A stretch of 63,187 nucleotides of DNA, filler included, from Hyphochytrium catenoides (GCA_900088475.1; 6 parts of 6 records of this genome joined end to end with filler, not necessarily neighbours in it), one strand, 5' to 3'. Positions 13,854 through 28,118 are shown, numbered from the whole stretch's first letter. Notes: a model not told the origin generated them from the sequence alone. Numbers and translations: made by a program.

Positions 13854-15345
13854 GCTGTTTCTCTCTCTCTCTCTCTCTCTCTCGGACACCTTTGCACTCA
13901 AAGAACAGAGCAACAAGAGCAACCAAAGAGCAGACGAAGAAGGACTGAGAAGTGGTAGGAAAGCCAACACTGAGAAAAAGTGATCGAAAAAGTGTCGTCT
14001 GGAGAGACAGAGGAGAGAGACAGAGTAAGAGAGAAAGGACAGAGACGAAGAGAGAGTGAACGAAGAAAGAGTGGCGAATGACAGAGAAACAGAGGGCATG
14101 AGGCAGACAGAGAAGAGAGATTCGCCAAGAAAGAGAGAAAAGAGAGAGCAACAACACAGTGAGACAGAAGGGAGAAGAGACAGACAGAGAGGGGAGAGAG
14201 AGAGAGACAGTGGAAAGAGGAAAGTTATACACAAACACAAGGTTCTCATGAAGACTCAGGTTGAGCTTGGGACATTAAGCCTTCGGATAAGATAAAAAGC
14301 GTCAATCCCACCAAAAAAGAATCGAGACAGAGTGGAGAAATGGCCTTCCTGCCAATAAACACCGGGTTAATAAATCCCAAGAGACAGAAAGTGAAGCAGA
14401 TGACTTGAAGGTGGTAGTTTTCTGCAGTTTGACCTCGAGACAGAGTTATCGAGAGACATAAGAAAAAGAGTCAGAGTGCATTGCCTCAAGAGTTTTCACA
14501 GTAACGCCGCGTTCCGTTTCTAACCCCAGTCTTCTATCAAACACACATTCACTGCCTTCCTGATGTCCATACATTTAAGCCTGGCCAGACGCGCAAACGC
14601 ACAACGTTCAAGAAACTGGCAAGAACCCGATTATCATCTCATTTGGCGCACCCACTCTATAGTCTTATAATGCTTTAGACTGCGCCCCACCCACTCCACG
14701 AAGCGGTTCAGAACTCTGAGGAAACTGGGAACGTGTTTACTTTTGTGCTCTCAGGGAATCCCACCCACTTTCCAGTGTAATGAAACATGGCAAAATGGCA
14801 ATTTCATGTCAGAGCTGTACCACCCATCCTCTTCCTCCATGTCAGGAGCAGCGAGGGTGGGAGAATGTGGGAAAGGCGGAATATCATTGAGTAAAAGACA
14901 CCATCTTTTGCTCTATAGTGGTTGTTTTACCTCTAGGTTTGGGTAAGCGCTTAGGTTTAGCCCCATTGCTGTGGTATTTACCGCTTCCCTAAGAAAAAGA
15001 GGGAGGGCGGGGGCAGGAAACAGCGGACTGACTGCTTTTTGGCCCTAAAAGAGGCTGTTGTGGTCGGACCCTCTATCTCTTTCCACTCTTTCTCTCTCAT
15101 TCTCCATTCTGTATTGTTCTATTGCTATAGATCACTATTCCCCTATCGTATGTCCTCCTGTGACAGCTGGCACCTCCCACCGTGCTCTGTCTCGCATCGA
15201 AAAGAAGAGAAGAGAGCGGAAGAAGAGAGAAACGTGCTCAGTCCTCATCCTCATCAGCTTCTTGAGATCCCAGAGAGCGCCGCTCAGACCTCAAGACCGT
15301 GAGAGGAAGACGAGTGCAGACAGAGAGAGAGAAAAAGAGAGAGAG

Positions 15346-15389
<44 letters not shown>

Positions 15390-15722
15390 CGAGAGAGAGG
15401 GCGGAGAAAACGGGTTGTTCATAACCGCATTTCCATCTCAGCGATCGTCAGTCATTGAGTTTCTCTCCCGCTAGCATTTGGGGCCTTCTCCTCTCCCTGC
15501 GCCAAGGTAGATCAACGTCCACCTCTTCCCATTGTCTGAAGAAAGGGAGAGAGAGAGAGAAGGCCGGCTCACGTATAGTCACGCTCACTAGAGTCTACGT
15601 ATCTGAGCTCCATTCTAGAGCATTTCTCACACATCGCCTGAAGCTCTTTCTACTCTAGAGCAAGCGGAATTTTGGTCAATAGAGAGGGAGTCTCCCCTTC
15701 GTCAAAGACAAGAGTAGCAAGA

Positions 15723-16133
15723 ATGAACAATAACAACGACAGTGTTCCTGAGAGCGTCACTCGCCTCTGCGCCAACAACTGCGGGTTCTTTGGATCCCCT
15801 GGAATGAACAATTTCTGCTCTGTGTGTTTCAAGAAACTCTTCGCAGAAAAGAGGATGGCTGTGGAGAAGGAGCCAGCCCCAGCACCGCTTCCAGCTGCGG
15901 CCCCAGTGTTTGAAGAGACAGTTAAGAGAGAAGAGACAGAGAAGATTGAAGAGAAGAGGGACGAAGCTCCTCCTTCAGTAGAGAAGAAGAAGAAAGTCCA
16001 GCGCTGTGCTGTTTGCAAGAAGAAGGTTGGGCTGACAGGAATCACGTGCAGATGCGGAGGATTATACTGCGGNNNNNNNNNNNNNNNNNNNNNNGTTCCT
16101 CGATATGCCGTCGCACAGGAGTTTGTCTATTGA
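15723..16133 (+). CDS. A20/AN1 zinc-finger stress-associated protein (ZFAND5/6, SAP-like); 3' end disrupted by gap
   Basis: LCANNCGFFGSPGMNNFCSVCFK (A20) and RCAVCKKKVGLTGITCRCGGLYC (AN1), followed by an N-gap at 16073-16094. Confidence 0.92.
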   Translation: MNNNNDSVPESVTRLCANNCGFFGSPGMNNFCSVCFKKLFAEKRMAVEKEPAPAPLPAAAPVFEETVKREETEKIEEKRDEAPPSVEKKKKVQRCAVCKKKVGLTGITCRCGGLYCXXXXXXXXVPRYAVAQEFVY

Positions 16134-16706
16134 ACATAATCAGAGCAGAACATAATAAGAGCACTTCAGTTCGCTAGTGTACCAAATAACCTTGTTTCAA
16201 GTTTCAATGGACCCTCAGTTCCTCATTCAATGCTCCTCAAGCACTTGTGCTTTCTAAGGGCACTGCTGATTATAAAAGAACTACTTCGATCTGACTGAGA
16301 AGTGTTGAAGCCTTTCCCCCACCCGCTTATAAAGGCTAACTCGGCTGCAATCACCGTCCCCTGGCTCTCCTAATCATCCGCCATCTCGATCCGTCGTGCC
16401 ATACATTTGCTTCGCTTGTAAGTACTTCCAGCCTTGAGGGGGTTCTCCTTCATCGCCTCTCCCTAGCCATCAGCGAGGGAACGGGAGGGTACCTCCTAAC
16501 CCTAAGCAGGATGCCTTAGGGTTGCCCTGCGGTGGGCCATGGAGTCAAATTGGCACATATCCAAGGCTAATTCCGCAATAATCTTCATGAAGAGGTCTCG
16601 TTCCTCCTTCCATCGACCGGAGTCTCTGGTTGTCCTCGTTTTGCCTTTCAACTTAAACAGATGAAGATGGATTCCACTCCCGGCTGATGGCTGGCAGGAT
16701 GGGGCT

Positions 16707-19700
16707 TTAGTATTGGCCAAATCTGCTCTCGCTCTTATAAGCCAAACTCCGTTTCGTATAAAACAATAGATACCTATGGTTCACCGCGGACAACGCGGAT
16801 GCAGCGGCCGAAGAAAGAGGGAGAACAAGGGAGACGACTGGTTAGTGATGTTGTATAGCTCTGTACCACTCAAGGCACTCAAAGCAAGAGATACGTGCGT
16901 CGCGATTGGTATCCCAAAGATGGAAGGGTGCAGGACTGAGAGAAGGTGGAACGCAGTGTATAGCGGTAGGATAAGAATGCATCGGCCTGATAAAGGCACC
17001 CCCAGATTCATGTTTTGTCCCTCTCATCTTCGGCGAGCGCCTCAGACAACTTCTTCAGGTATGAATCTCCTTGGTCTCCTGTCACTTCGATTTCACACTT
17101 ACGCTTGTGTCTCCTCCATCTGCTCTCTCTGGACGACGCTAACCCCCGTATCGTCAAAGCGGAACCACTGGCCATTGACCCTTGTGACGTTGGTATAGTG
17201 ACCTGAGCTCATTGTACCATGATGTTCCACTATCGAAAAAAGATCATAGAGAACGGGAGCGGAGACAGCCGTGGTAGGTAGATGCGAAGAGGAATGTCCG
17301 TTCTCAGGCAACGCGCTCTCCTCTTCCGCATCTGGTGGCTGCTTGGCAGGCTTCATAGGGGAGACTTCTCCCTCTTCTACGTCTGAGAGATTGAGAGTTC
17401 GACTCGCTGGGCTCGGCTTTTTCTCCCTGCGAAGTATACGGTGGAAGAGCAGGTGTGAGTCATAATGAGCATAAGTTCCCTGAAGTCTTTGGCGCGGGAG
17501 CTTTATCCAGAAGGGCTAGAACAATAAGATCGCGTAGAGAAGCTTCTCTTCTTCGCGAAAGAGAAGGCCAACGGCGCCCGTTGACGGGATGATGGTCAAA
17601 GCTGGAATGGAGAGTGAAGAACAAAATAGAAGCGCTGACCTGTCGATGTTGCCAGATTGATAGGGCGACATATCTAAAGACCGAATTGGGAATCTAACCA
17701 GGGTATCTATCTTCTCTTGCCGCAAGGCATCGAACCTCTGTGGCAGAGATAGGATGAGTGCGGTCAAGGACGAGATGCACTTCCCTCTCGCCCTGCTACT
17801 TTAGTCAGCTCAATAACCGGCCATCCTTCGTGGCCTCTTCACCCTGGTCTTGGAGTTCGAGCTGTTCGTACCTTAAGATGAAAGCATATAACATTCGGCA
17901 AAGTTGAAAGGGAAAGCTGTTTGGTGCCTTCCTAGGAGACATCATGGAAAAGAGGAAGACTAAATGTCAAAAGTCGTTGCCATCTCGCTAGCATCACCTG
18001 AAAATACTTACCTGGTAGGAATTACACTGCTCACACCGATATCTCTCTTCTATCCCTAGCTTTTCTCTTCGAGTATATCTAGCCACACGGTGGGGCGTGA
18101 GTTCGAGAAATCAGCACGGGGAGAGGCTTCAGCGCACACATAACAAAAAGAGGAAGAGAGCCCATACATGCAAGATGCAGGATGTAGAGCTAGGCAGCTG
18201 TCACTCACCTTTCTAGTAATGCCAGGAGAGAGACGCTCTCTTCTTCATCATCTACGAAAAGGCGCGAGTCATTATCAAGACCTAGTATTTGTCTCAAACA
18301 ACGTCATCTATCCATTACCTTCTTCTGGGTCTTTTCCTGGTTGGCCACCAGCTCGTCCTCTATCAAGAGAAAGAGAGAGATCCATGAACGGATCATAGGC
18401 TACAGACCTCCGTTTGCAGTTACCGCAGACCACCTCCGACTGAAGAACTCCTGAGAATGTCAAATGCACAATGCAGTCGCAGAGACTGGTTCCCTTGGCG
18501 CCGACACGAGGTGAGCGCCCTCCGTGATGTAGGGCTGAAGAGGAGAGAAGGTGAAATGAAGATAAGAAGTGAAACGCGATAAGAATTCCAGTCCTGATGC
18601 CCGTAATAGCTACATCTGTCACTCTCTCCCTTGCTCCATCTGCCTCTCTATCTTACACTCGCTCTGTTCTCTTCTTCTACTATTTCTCTCCCTCTCACTA
18701 CTTCCCCTACCCCAAGCTTCGATCCCTGTCTCCTGCGCTATCCAATAATCCAGCTCCCCGGATGAGTGAGTTTTTCCCGGCGTCCACGTCTTGTCTTCAT
18801 TCTCTCCACCTCCTACCATTTTGGTGTGTATGGGAGTGGATTCCGTCTAAGAGTCCCATAAGAAACTCATGCGCATCTTGCTGATCATAGCCTGCCAGAT
18901 GGTGGGCGTGCTGCCAGCACGAAAGAAGAATCTTATGTGGCACTTTGGGGACACGGTGGTCTTTGGCGCTAACTGAGAACATCTGCAAATCGAATTGACT
19001 TAGAAACAACTACGGATGGAGAGGATCACCGGCGTGGACAGAAGTCTTAGAGAGATATCAAAATCCAGATAACAAAAAGCAGGAAGGAATACCAAAAGCT
19101 AGCAGTTCAGGTCGTTTCTCATTCCTGCCAAAAGCTAGCAGTTCAGGTCGTTTCTCGCCTATGCGGCAAGTGATATGCCCAAGCCAAGTGGTCGTCGTCA
19201 AATACCACTTCACCTTTATAACGTGACTCTTCTTAGGGTAAGATAGGAGTCATAGCGCCTTAGGACTACGCCGAGAAGTGGAATAGGAGAAAATCCATTC
19301 TTCATGATCATAGCATCGCCTTACTCTCTCTCCACTCGGTTTGTCTCCTTTTTGTCCCTTACCTCCGAGAACAAGAGATCCATGTCACAGCCTAAACATA
19401 GCGATCTAACGGCCCCCACTTGGCTCTCTCTGCGTCTTTGGCATGCTCTTCTATTGTGCTTGTCTGCCAAGAAGTAGTTCCTAACCAAGGGGTTGTGAAG
19501 TAGAGACTGCAAAATGCAATTCATGAAGCAAGTGTTTCCCATATTGTAGAGACCGCGAACTCCTGGCAAAAACGTATTTACTGATTAGGAACACAATAGC
19601 GAAGCAGAAGGGGGGGATGGGAATGCCCAGATACGGAAGGCGAGTGAAAGCATTAGAAAAGCTTGTCTGGCCATGCAAGCACCGAGTATCCATATATGCA

Positions 19701-21288
19701 TGAAGAGGGTAGACACCTTGATGAACATGAAGAAACGGCGCAAAAGCGGAATGAGTCGACGTGCACTGGCTAATGCCAAATGACTCCGCTAATCTGGAGG
19801 CCAATAAGCATTAATCTTACCCATGAGGGGCCCCAAACTCTTCCCAGCAGGAATGACGTAATGGCTTGGATGGCGACGTAGCCAGTCGGCGTGAGCTGCA
19901 GGAGAGATGGCATAGCAGAGAATGGTTACGGAAAGACCAGACAAAAGCCCAATCGACGTCGAGGCCATCTCCGTTCTTCCTCCAGGTAGAGGATATCCCT
20001 ACCTCGTTTCCTCTTTCTTGCGCCGCCATGGTCAGAGGTCGGGAGACTCCCTTTTACTTCTTCTGTAAGCCGGTGAAGGAAAAAAAGCACCACAGCGGCG
20101 ATTGAACTTAATGTCTTTCCCAAAACAGCGGCAGAACGCTAGGGGTTACGTTATAACAAAGCCTCGCACCACTCCTAAGCTGACGAAAGTAGACATGTCC
20201 TGACCTTTTATTCTAAGCCTCTCCACATCCAACTCTGGATCATAAATATAGTCTTCGCAGACAGCACAATAGACTTCTCCGTTCAAGAGGTGCATGACTG
20301 TGAAGAGGGTTGGAAGGGGAAAGGATATAGAAGCGGTCAGATGGCAGGCAAGCAGTCAGATGATAAGCAGACGTCAGTGGAGGGATTTCAAGAGATTGAT
20401 TTCCAATCCTATCATATCGCCTTACAGGTTCCCCGTTTCTTCCTACGTCTCCAAGCCTTCTTGCTCTAAATCTGTACCCACTGCTCCTTCATCTATTGAA
20501 GCCGCTCTGTCTCATGGTACGACAGCTCTCCAATCAAACTATTGCTTTTTCCAGTGTCTTTGCCGAAGCCCCCTCTCTTCTTGTCAAGATGCCTGCTTTT
20601 ATGACTTACAGAAGCGGTGATCCTTCTCCAAGTAGTGATTGAGGTGGTCGTCTTTGACTGTACAGAGGAGGTCTAGACACGTGAGACAGATATGGAGCTG
20701 CAAGCTTGGGACTGCAGTGAAACCTCCAAGGCAATGAGCGCACTGTACAACCGCAATGACGAGCAGTGCAGAACAATGGATGCATATTAATCATAGCGAT
20801 CTTATGAAACGACGAGGGCATGGCAGCAGCGTGGACGAGCAATGGGAAAATAGTATAGGCTTTGAGGGACGCTGCATAGGAAAGGCTTCAAAGCAAAAGC
20901 TAAACCCATCACAAAGCTTTAAGAGCTCTATGGGCTCAGTTGCAAGCGTGATCAGGTAAACAAAAAGGTAATTAGGGACACCTACCTTCATTTGAGCAGG
21001 GTTGTTCGTGGCTTTCTCCAGCTTTTCTGGAAGAGATTCTGACGCAAGGACATTTAGGTTCTGTGGGGTCGGACTTGCTGGTTCTATGGGCTCCTTTTGA
21101 GCTTCGGAAAGCAGGGGTTTGGTGGAGCTGCTGTGACCCTTCTGCAGATTCAATGCTCTTGTCCAGCTAAGGCTGAACTTGTATAAGAGGTCTTCCATGA
21201 TCATGTCGTTCTCAGCTCTCAGGTGAGGACAAGTCGAAGTATAGTCCAGGCGCACCTCTTCCTCATCAGTTGTCTCAAGCGATGCCAT
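16707..21288 (-). CDS. USP22: Ubiquitin-specific protease USP22/Ubp8-like (SAGA DUB module), multi-exon
   Basis: N-terminal CPHL and [14 protein letters not shown] (ZnF-UBP), Cys box [53 protein letters not shown], His box [19 protein letters not shown], terminal YLLFY. Confidence 0.88.
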
Positions 21289-21768
21289 TGGGCCAGTTTT
21301 TTCCCAATATAATGGGCAGTATCAGCTTTAGCAGGAAAGCCTTTACAAGTTGCCCGAAGGGTTACACTTGTGTCCTTTATACTTCTACCATCGCGGTACC
21401 ATACCGTGCGCCGATGAGAAAGCTAAGACCTGAAGGCCTAGCAGGCACATGCATCCCCAGAACTTCGTCGACAAGTAGCGTCTTAATTAGAAGCTTTTCA
21501 GCCCACAGCAGGTCGAAGAGTTCAGGAAGTATGATATGGCGATGAAATTGCGAAATAAGAATCTTCATCGTGATTGAAAATCACTGAATCGGCCAAGTAA
21601 TCACGGTCACTTCCCGTTAACCGCTATTCAGTGCCAAAAAGACCATGATGGACATTGTTGTAAAAAGACAGCTCCTTGTCAATTTTCTCCATCTATGTCT
21701 AATTTCATTGACATCAGTGTCAATTACTTGTCAATTTCGTGTGAAATGTGCTGAAATTGAAGTGAAGA

Positions 21769-24541
21769 GATGTTACATAACTGCCTTATTTGGCACCAGA
21801 ACGTTCTCCGACTGGTAAGACTCTGTCTTGTTAATTGACAAAGAAACGCCTAAGGCTTAGCCCAACCATGTCTGCTCCTCCATCATTTTGTCCCCTGTCC
21901 CTCTTCCTCCCTTTCTGACCATCTTCGGCTGTGTGTGGAGTGCTCACTCCTCTGCCTTTTTATGCGGAGATTCAGCTTTTTCAGCGCAATTTCCGTCAAT
22001 GCATTTGCGTTCCCCGTTTCCATTTCAGAGATTGAGCTTCACAACTCAGACTGCATCCCCAGTGGAGGTGAAGAAAGTGGCTTTGTGAAGCTCCAGTCTT
22101 TATCTACTTTTGCGGAGCCACGGTTTCGGGAGGAAGTAAGCTAAAGGCAAAGAGGATTGTGACAACCGCAGACCTTCTGCAGATTGTGTTTTGACTTTGT
22201 GTCTAAGAGGAAATGGATCAGCAGCTACCCCGTCGGCTGGAATGTGGGCTATTGGTGCTAGGGCATGTGCCTTTTAGGATTATGGGTCTTGTCTCTTGAC
22301 CGAGCTCACTGGAAGTTGGGCAAAGGAGACTGGCACCAAGTGTGAGCGAGGAAGACAAAGCGGATATACGTGACAAGTAGCTTCCTTCTTTTGTTTATAT
22401 CGGTTGTACAAAAGTAGTTACGATGCATCCGGTGGTGGCCTTGATTGCAGATGGCTGAAGCTTTGGAAGTTTCGATGACGATGTAAATAGGTCCTGATGG
22501 AGAGACCATGTTCCGTGAGGCTTAGATGAGCTTCGGGCGCTGATAGTTCGGCGTGACTTAGTTTGTGTATATGGATCAGCAGCTGCACACCTGGTACGGC
22601 TGAAAACAGGTGACTGCGAGGTGGATCTTGTAGCTCTAGAAAACTTAAACAATCAGAAAAACATGGAGGGACGACAAGTCCTGAGAGGCCAGAGTGTGGC
22701 CACTGCCGCATCTGGACAACCTAACGAAAGTGAGATGGAGAGTCAAGGTAAGTTTTGACTCACCAGGATGAACCTACAAGTCATATTGCCCTAAGTACTT
22801 ACGTTTAGGAGCAATGGGAGCATCATCCCAGGATAATGTTGCCCAAAGAGCTGGCGCGGACGGCGGAGTGGGAGGTAATTCAAGCCACGGCAGCGGTGTG
22901 TTTTTATCTACTGTACCCTACTTCCCTCACACCCATAGCACCATATGAAGTTTCTCTTTAACTCATGTCTTCTTAAACGTGCGGCGGTCATTTGAAAACC
23001 TTACATGCTCTCTCCTCTATCGTCGTCTTTTATTGAAGAGCCGTTTGATGATGCAACGCCCACTGTCAACGACTGGAAGCTCATCAGTGAGGAAGCGCCC
23101 GATCCTATTGGAATCACGCATTTCGCATCTGACAGTCGACAGGACTATAACGAGGGAGAAGGGAGCTCTGACACAGACGGTTTGAATAGTGGTACGGTGG
23201 CCTCAGAAGAGGATTATCCCCAAGTATCAAGTGATGATTGTTGGAGCGATGAAGAGGTGGAGAATGAGGAGGAGCCGTCGTTCGGTTTTGCCTGGATGCT
23301 GGAGGGCCGCTGGCGCAAATGTAGGTGTAGCTGCTTTTGTTTTCTATGCTTTCCTCGTTGGGTGTCTCGCAGACTTCCTCATGGCGAGCACCCTTGACTA
23401 AATACTTTGGAGGGGTGCTTAAAGTCCTTGTCCTGCTTACAATAGACCGCCAGCTCTACGGCGTCGAGGGCGCGGTAGAGGAAGACGTTTCGGACAATGG
23501 AGATGGCATTGTTCTCAGGGAGACTGCTCAAGGACAAGTTCAGTCAGCTCACGCCGTCATGTTGTATTGGAACGGCCTGCGAAAGGACTCCTTGTCTTGG
23601 CAAGAGCGACAAAAAGTAGAGGAAGCCAGGGCTCGTTTTGTGGAGGCAGTAATACCTTACGCTACGGAAGTGAAGGTATGGGACGAGTGATTCATGTACC
23701 TTGGATCATTAACTCCTACGTTAGCCCCCAGTAGGTAGCCTGTAGTATGGTTCAAAAGACTTTCTTCGTCTGGTGCAACCCTAAAACGCCCGCAACGAGC
23801 ATGTGCCTGACAACTCTCTCCTTTTTTCCCCGTGTTGGGCAACTGATCTTATGATCTCTGTGCCGCGTCTGCTTACCTCGACTTAACTCATGACAGGACT
23901 GCATGGAGAATGAGGAATTGACGCTTCAAGACGCATTGGCTATGAAGTATGTCCTGGCAATTTTGGAAGACTATTACCTCCTTAAAGGTTTTGCCTTTTA
24001 TCACGTAAGTAGCATACAGACAATGTCATGCAATTTGAAGGGAACAAAGGGTACTGCGCAAGGGGTAAATAGGGTCAAGATAAATTGAGCTCGTGTAGAG
24101 GGAGCAGCAGCATATTCTCCCCATCGCATAGAAAATATCGGTTTCGTGGTAGGTACAATGATGTATGTGACGTCTCCTCATAACCGTCTTTCTGACTAGG
24201 ACTATACCTCTGATGTATTGCCTGCCTGGATCTGCTACTATCGCACTTGTCCGGAGGAGCTCGTGCAGGAGGCAGATGCGCTTGCGATCGCGCTTTCGGA
24301 GGCGACGGAGGGTGTTCTTCGTTCACCAGGTACGTCAGGCTTCGGTAGAGGGATAAATTTTAGATGACAGAGAATAGGTTGACGCCGTCGGCTAAGATCA
24401 CATTTTTCCTCGTAAATTACAGACCAATGTCCGCTGAGATTTTTCCAGCGCCGGGATGAGGCGCTCTGTTACTATGATGAGCAGCAGATGAAGATGCTGA
24501 GCATGGTCGAGGGCATTACATCCTCCATGTACCTCCATTGA
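21769..24541 (+). CDS. Hypothetical multi-exon protein with acidic central region (5' boundary uncertain)
   Basis: 3' exons (ending 23320; 23445-23675; 23898-24004; 24200-24329; 24423-24541) have GT-AG ends and join in phase: ...EGRWRKYRQLYGVEG...EVKDCMENEE...FAFYHDYTSDVLPAW...SPDQCPLRFF...MYLH*. No family recognised. Confidence 0.6.
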
Positions 24542-25656
24542 TTAATCACAAGGTTGAGACTGCTTGGAAGTGAGGATAGTTGCCGAATTACTGGGAATGG
24601 CGGTGGTATAACTTAGCTAGAATATGGCGTCATGGCATTGCTTAGCCGGGGCTTCAGTGTCCTGGGTGCTCTCATAGTGATTGAGCCGACAGGATGGGTT
24701 ATGGTGGTACTCACATTGTGGCTTGTCGCCTTGGCAAGGGTGCAAGTCTCTGACTCGCAGAGCCGACGCCGCTAGCGATATTCAATGGATTCTTGCATTC
24801 TGCGCCAGCTAAGTGACTCCCTTCTTATCAGAAAAGCAGCGCTGGACCTAAGTAGAGATGATAACTAGCCTGCTACCAGGATGAGTGCGGGTGCCTTTTA
24901 GAAGTGAGGTCTTGCAATTATCTCGTCGCATCTCTCAACATACTTTAAAAGAGAAGCAAGGCTGGCTCGCTGTTTCGGTGCAGAGAGAAGCATTTGTAGT
25001 TCACTACCAGAAGCTGCGCGCACTACCAGAAGCTGCGCGACTTAGTGTAGATTGGGTAGACAGTCTCTAGTCTCAGGCCTTGCCTTGTCATGGATAATAT
25101 CCCTGGGCTGAAGAAGGAAGAATCGCACCGCGTAAGTAAGCTGTTTCATAGCTAGAGCCCCGCCGACCGACCACTGCATGCAAGCCAGGACGTATACTAA
25201 CTTGCAGCCTACGAGGGAGGACAGCCCACTGATATAACAGTGTAACATCCTGTTTGCTGCCACGGTGAGATTATTGCATTGTCATCGCCAGGGTTAGGGT
25301 TAGGGCAAGGCAAGGACGTCATCTACCTGTACCAAGTTCCTCATCAGAGCCTGGCCGATGGTTGATTGAGCGCTATAAAGGCCAATGCGAATATCTCAGG
25401 GCAGATTGGTGATCACAATATACTATTTTCCTCCTGCTTAGCTCCTCGTGTTGGCTGATTTTGGACCTTTACCTTCAAAACACGGCTAACCTTCCTTTTA
25501 CGACTATCTTCGGCTGAGTTTGGATGAAAGTGCGTGGATCTTCCTGTGTCGCAGAGCTGATTGACCTTTCCACTCACTTGCAGCACGACGTGCCGCGGCA
25601 GCCTTCATAATAAGCTTCAGTAAGTGTCTGGCATAGGTGCCAGGACTCAACGGAAC

Positions 25657-27030
25657 ATGATGACTCGATCACTTGCCATCGTGTTGCTGGTGTTTGCCTT
25701 CAGTGCCACCGTTCAGGCGCATGACGTAGTCAAGGAGCCCGCGACCACCGTCGGGGTAGAAGGTAAGGATCTTCTAGAACGTACTGGCGAACAGAAGCAT
25801 CTCCTCTCTTCCTCCCACGACAAAGAACACCACGGACTCCAAGATGCCCAACATCATCACGACGGGTCACACAGTCATGATCACCATCATGAGAAAGAGA
25901 GCTCTCATGATAACCATGGCCATGACCATGATCATGATCATGGTCATGAAACCCATGCTGGCAGGACCCACTTCCTCCCCTTCAACACGGGCTGGGGAGT
26001 ATGGACTGAGGCTATAATAGCCACAGTACTGGTCGGAGCAGCTCCGATACTCATTTTAACCTTCATACCGGTTGGCCAGCAGGGAGAGAATGGGGACAAC
26101 CATGAGTCGTTGTTAAAGACACTTCTAGCCTTTGCAGCCGGAGGACTGCTAGGCGACTCCTTTCTTCACCTGCTCCCACACGCTATAGAAAGCTCCTCTC
26201 AGCACCATCATGACCACCATGACCATCACCATGGAGACAATGACCATCACGAAGGCCACTCACATTCTCTTTCTGACCTGGCCCCGTGGCTTTGGACTGT
26301 AAGTGGAATCATATCGTTCTGGCTGCTGGAGAAGGTTGTTCGTCAGCTTTCTGGGGATGAGGGACACGGCCATGGCCACAGCCATGGCGCGCGGAGTAGA
26401 AAGAAAGACAAAGACTCTGACAGCGAAAGCGAGGAGAAGACAGAGAAAGATGGCTCCACCTCTACGTCGTCCTCCGTCCGGCGAAGAAGTGGTAAGAGCT
26501 CCTCTAAGAGTTCGGGGACGCCAAACATGGATAGTAGAAAGGACAACCCATCTGAAGCGGGAGAGGAGGACAAGGGCAAAAGGAAGATTGCGGTCGCGGG
26601 ATATCTCAACCTTGCCGCTGACTTTTCTCACAATTTCACTGACGGGCTAGCGCTTGGTGCGACTTTCTTACAAGGCAAAGGACTGTCTACGACCCTTGCC
26701 ATCCTCTTCCATGAAGTACCTCATGAGATAGGAGACTTTGCCATTCTTATTCAAAGCGGCTTTTCTAGGAAACAGGCAATGTGGGCCCAGCTGTGGACAG
26801 CTATGGGTTGTCTAGTAGGCACTCTCTTGGGGTTAGCAGCAGGAGAAGTGGGAGGAAGTGCTGCAAGCTGGATCTCTCCTTTTACTGCTGGAGGCTTCAT
26901 GTACATCGCCACCGTCACGGTGCTGCCTGAACTACTGAGCGACTCTTCCTCGCTCATCCAGACAGCGACTGAGTTTGCAGCTATGGTGCTTGGAATTGGC
27001 CTGATGGTTGTTATAGCGCTAACAGAATGA
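25657..27030 (+). CDS. SLC39A7: ZIP zinc transporter, LIV-1 subfamily (ZIP7/Ke4/IAR1-like), intronless
   Basis: Signal peptide, His-rich N-terminus and loops, FAAGGLLGDSFLHLLPH, AGYLNLAADFSHNFTDGLA, HEVPHEIGDFAIL, FTAGGFMYIATVTVLPEL. Confidence 0.95.
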   Translation: MMTRSLAIVLLVFAFSATVQAHDVVKEPATTVGVEGKDLLERTGEQKHLLSSSHDKEHHGLQDAQHHHDGSHSHDHHHEKESSHDNHGHDHDHDHGHETHAGRTHFLPFNTGWGVWTEAIIATVLVGAAPILILTFIPVGQQGENGDNHESLLKTLLAFAAGGLLGDSFLHLLPHAIESSSQHHHDHHDHHHGDNDHHEGHSHSLSDLAPWLWTVSGIISFWLLEKVVRQLSGDEGHGHGHSHGARSRKKDKDSDSESEEKTEKDGSTSTSSSVRRRSGKSSSKSSGTPNMDSRKDNPSEAGEEDKGKRKIAVAGYLNLAADFSHNFTDGLALGATFLQGKGLSTTLAILFHEVPHEIGDFAILIQSGFSRKQAMWAQLWTAMGCLVGTLLGLAAGEVGGSAASWISPFTAGGFMYIATVTVLPELLSDSSSLIQTATEFAAMVLGIGLMVVIALTE

Positions 27031-28118
27031 GCTAGGTAAAGAAGGGAAGAAGAGATACTGGCAGTTCCCACACGAGACTAAAGAGATGAGGAATCTTCTA
27101 TGTGTTGGGGTCAGATTCGTTTAGTTGATGAACAGGAAGAGAGCGTGCGAGAGCTGTGGATGAAGAATGGGGCTCTCTTTATGGGACTTTACTGGGTTCT
27201 TGGACGCCCACCCCGCACATTAACTTACAAAGCCAAGCCCTTGATGGAATATATAGCGGAACGGCTCCGCGCAGAGATTCTCCCACGTCAATGCCATCAT
27301 CGGCGGCCTTCTCTTCTCTGTCATTTTCTATATTATAAGGAGCCGGCCAACAGCTGCAGCATTTGCTCAAAGGAAGTAGCATCTAGAGAATGGGACGACC
27401 TAAAGCTGTCTTGGGGCCTCGTAAGTGCGACCTACGCCTTCCATTGGACCTCAATAATTAACGATCAAGATGAGGTTAATGGAGGCTTTCTTTGGTTGTT
27501 TACAAGCTAGACTCCGTCAGAGTGACAGCTCGACAGAGCCGTAAGGCAGCTCATTAGCTGACGGACAATGAGTGCTTTGAGAAAGGGAAAAGGGTAGATG
27601 ACGAGAGAGACACCATCAGTCAAGCGCTCTCAACCGCTAATCTCCCCAAGCGAATGAACGGGGGAGAGAGAGAGACAGCGAGAGAGGCAGAGATAGAGGA
27701 GCGAGAGGCACGAAAGCAGTAAAAGACAGACAGTAAAGATGGACAACCGTTAGCGGTCTTGGATCTCCTCCGTTACATTGGGTCATAGTTCTCCTTCTGC
27801 CCCTTCAGAATTGCCAGCCACCACAGCCATTTACCCTCTCTTTCTTTCCTCTACCTTTCTCTCTCTCTCCCCCTCTCTCTCTCTATATATATATCTATCT
27901 ATCTATCTATCTATCCCTCTCTCTCTCTATCCCCTCGATCGATCGCTCTTCCTCTCTCGATCCCTGTCTTTCTTTCCTCTCTTCTCAACTATCGAAGTGC
28001 GCCATCTTTTACTGCTATGTTGAGGCTTTCTACCTATGATTACCTGGAATCCTATAGTGTCTCCTCTCTCTAATACATCGTACTCTCCTCTATCGCTGGT
28101 GCTTCCTCTCTCCTCTAG

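Noticed and set aside
19092-19157. ~30-bp direct duplication in a USP22 intron (similar 19-bp case at ~25002)
   Set aside because: Ordinary local slippage duplications.
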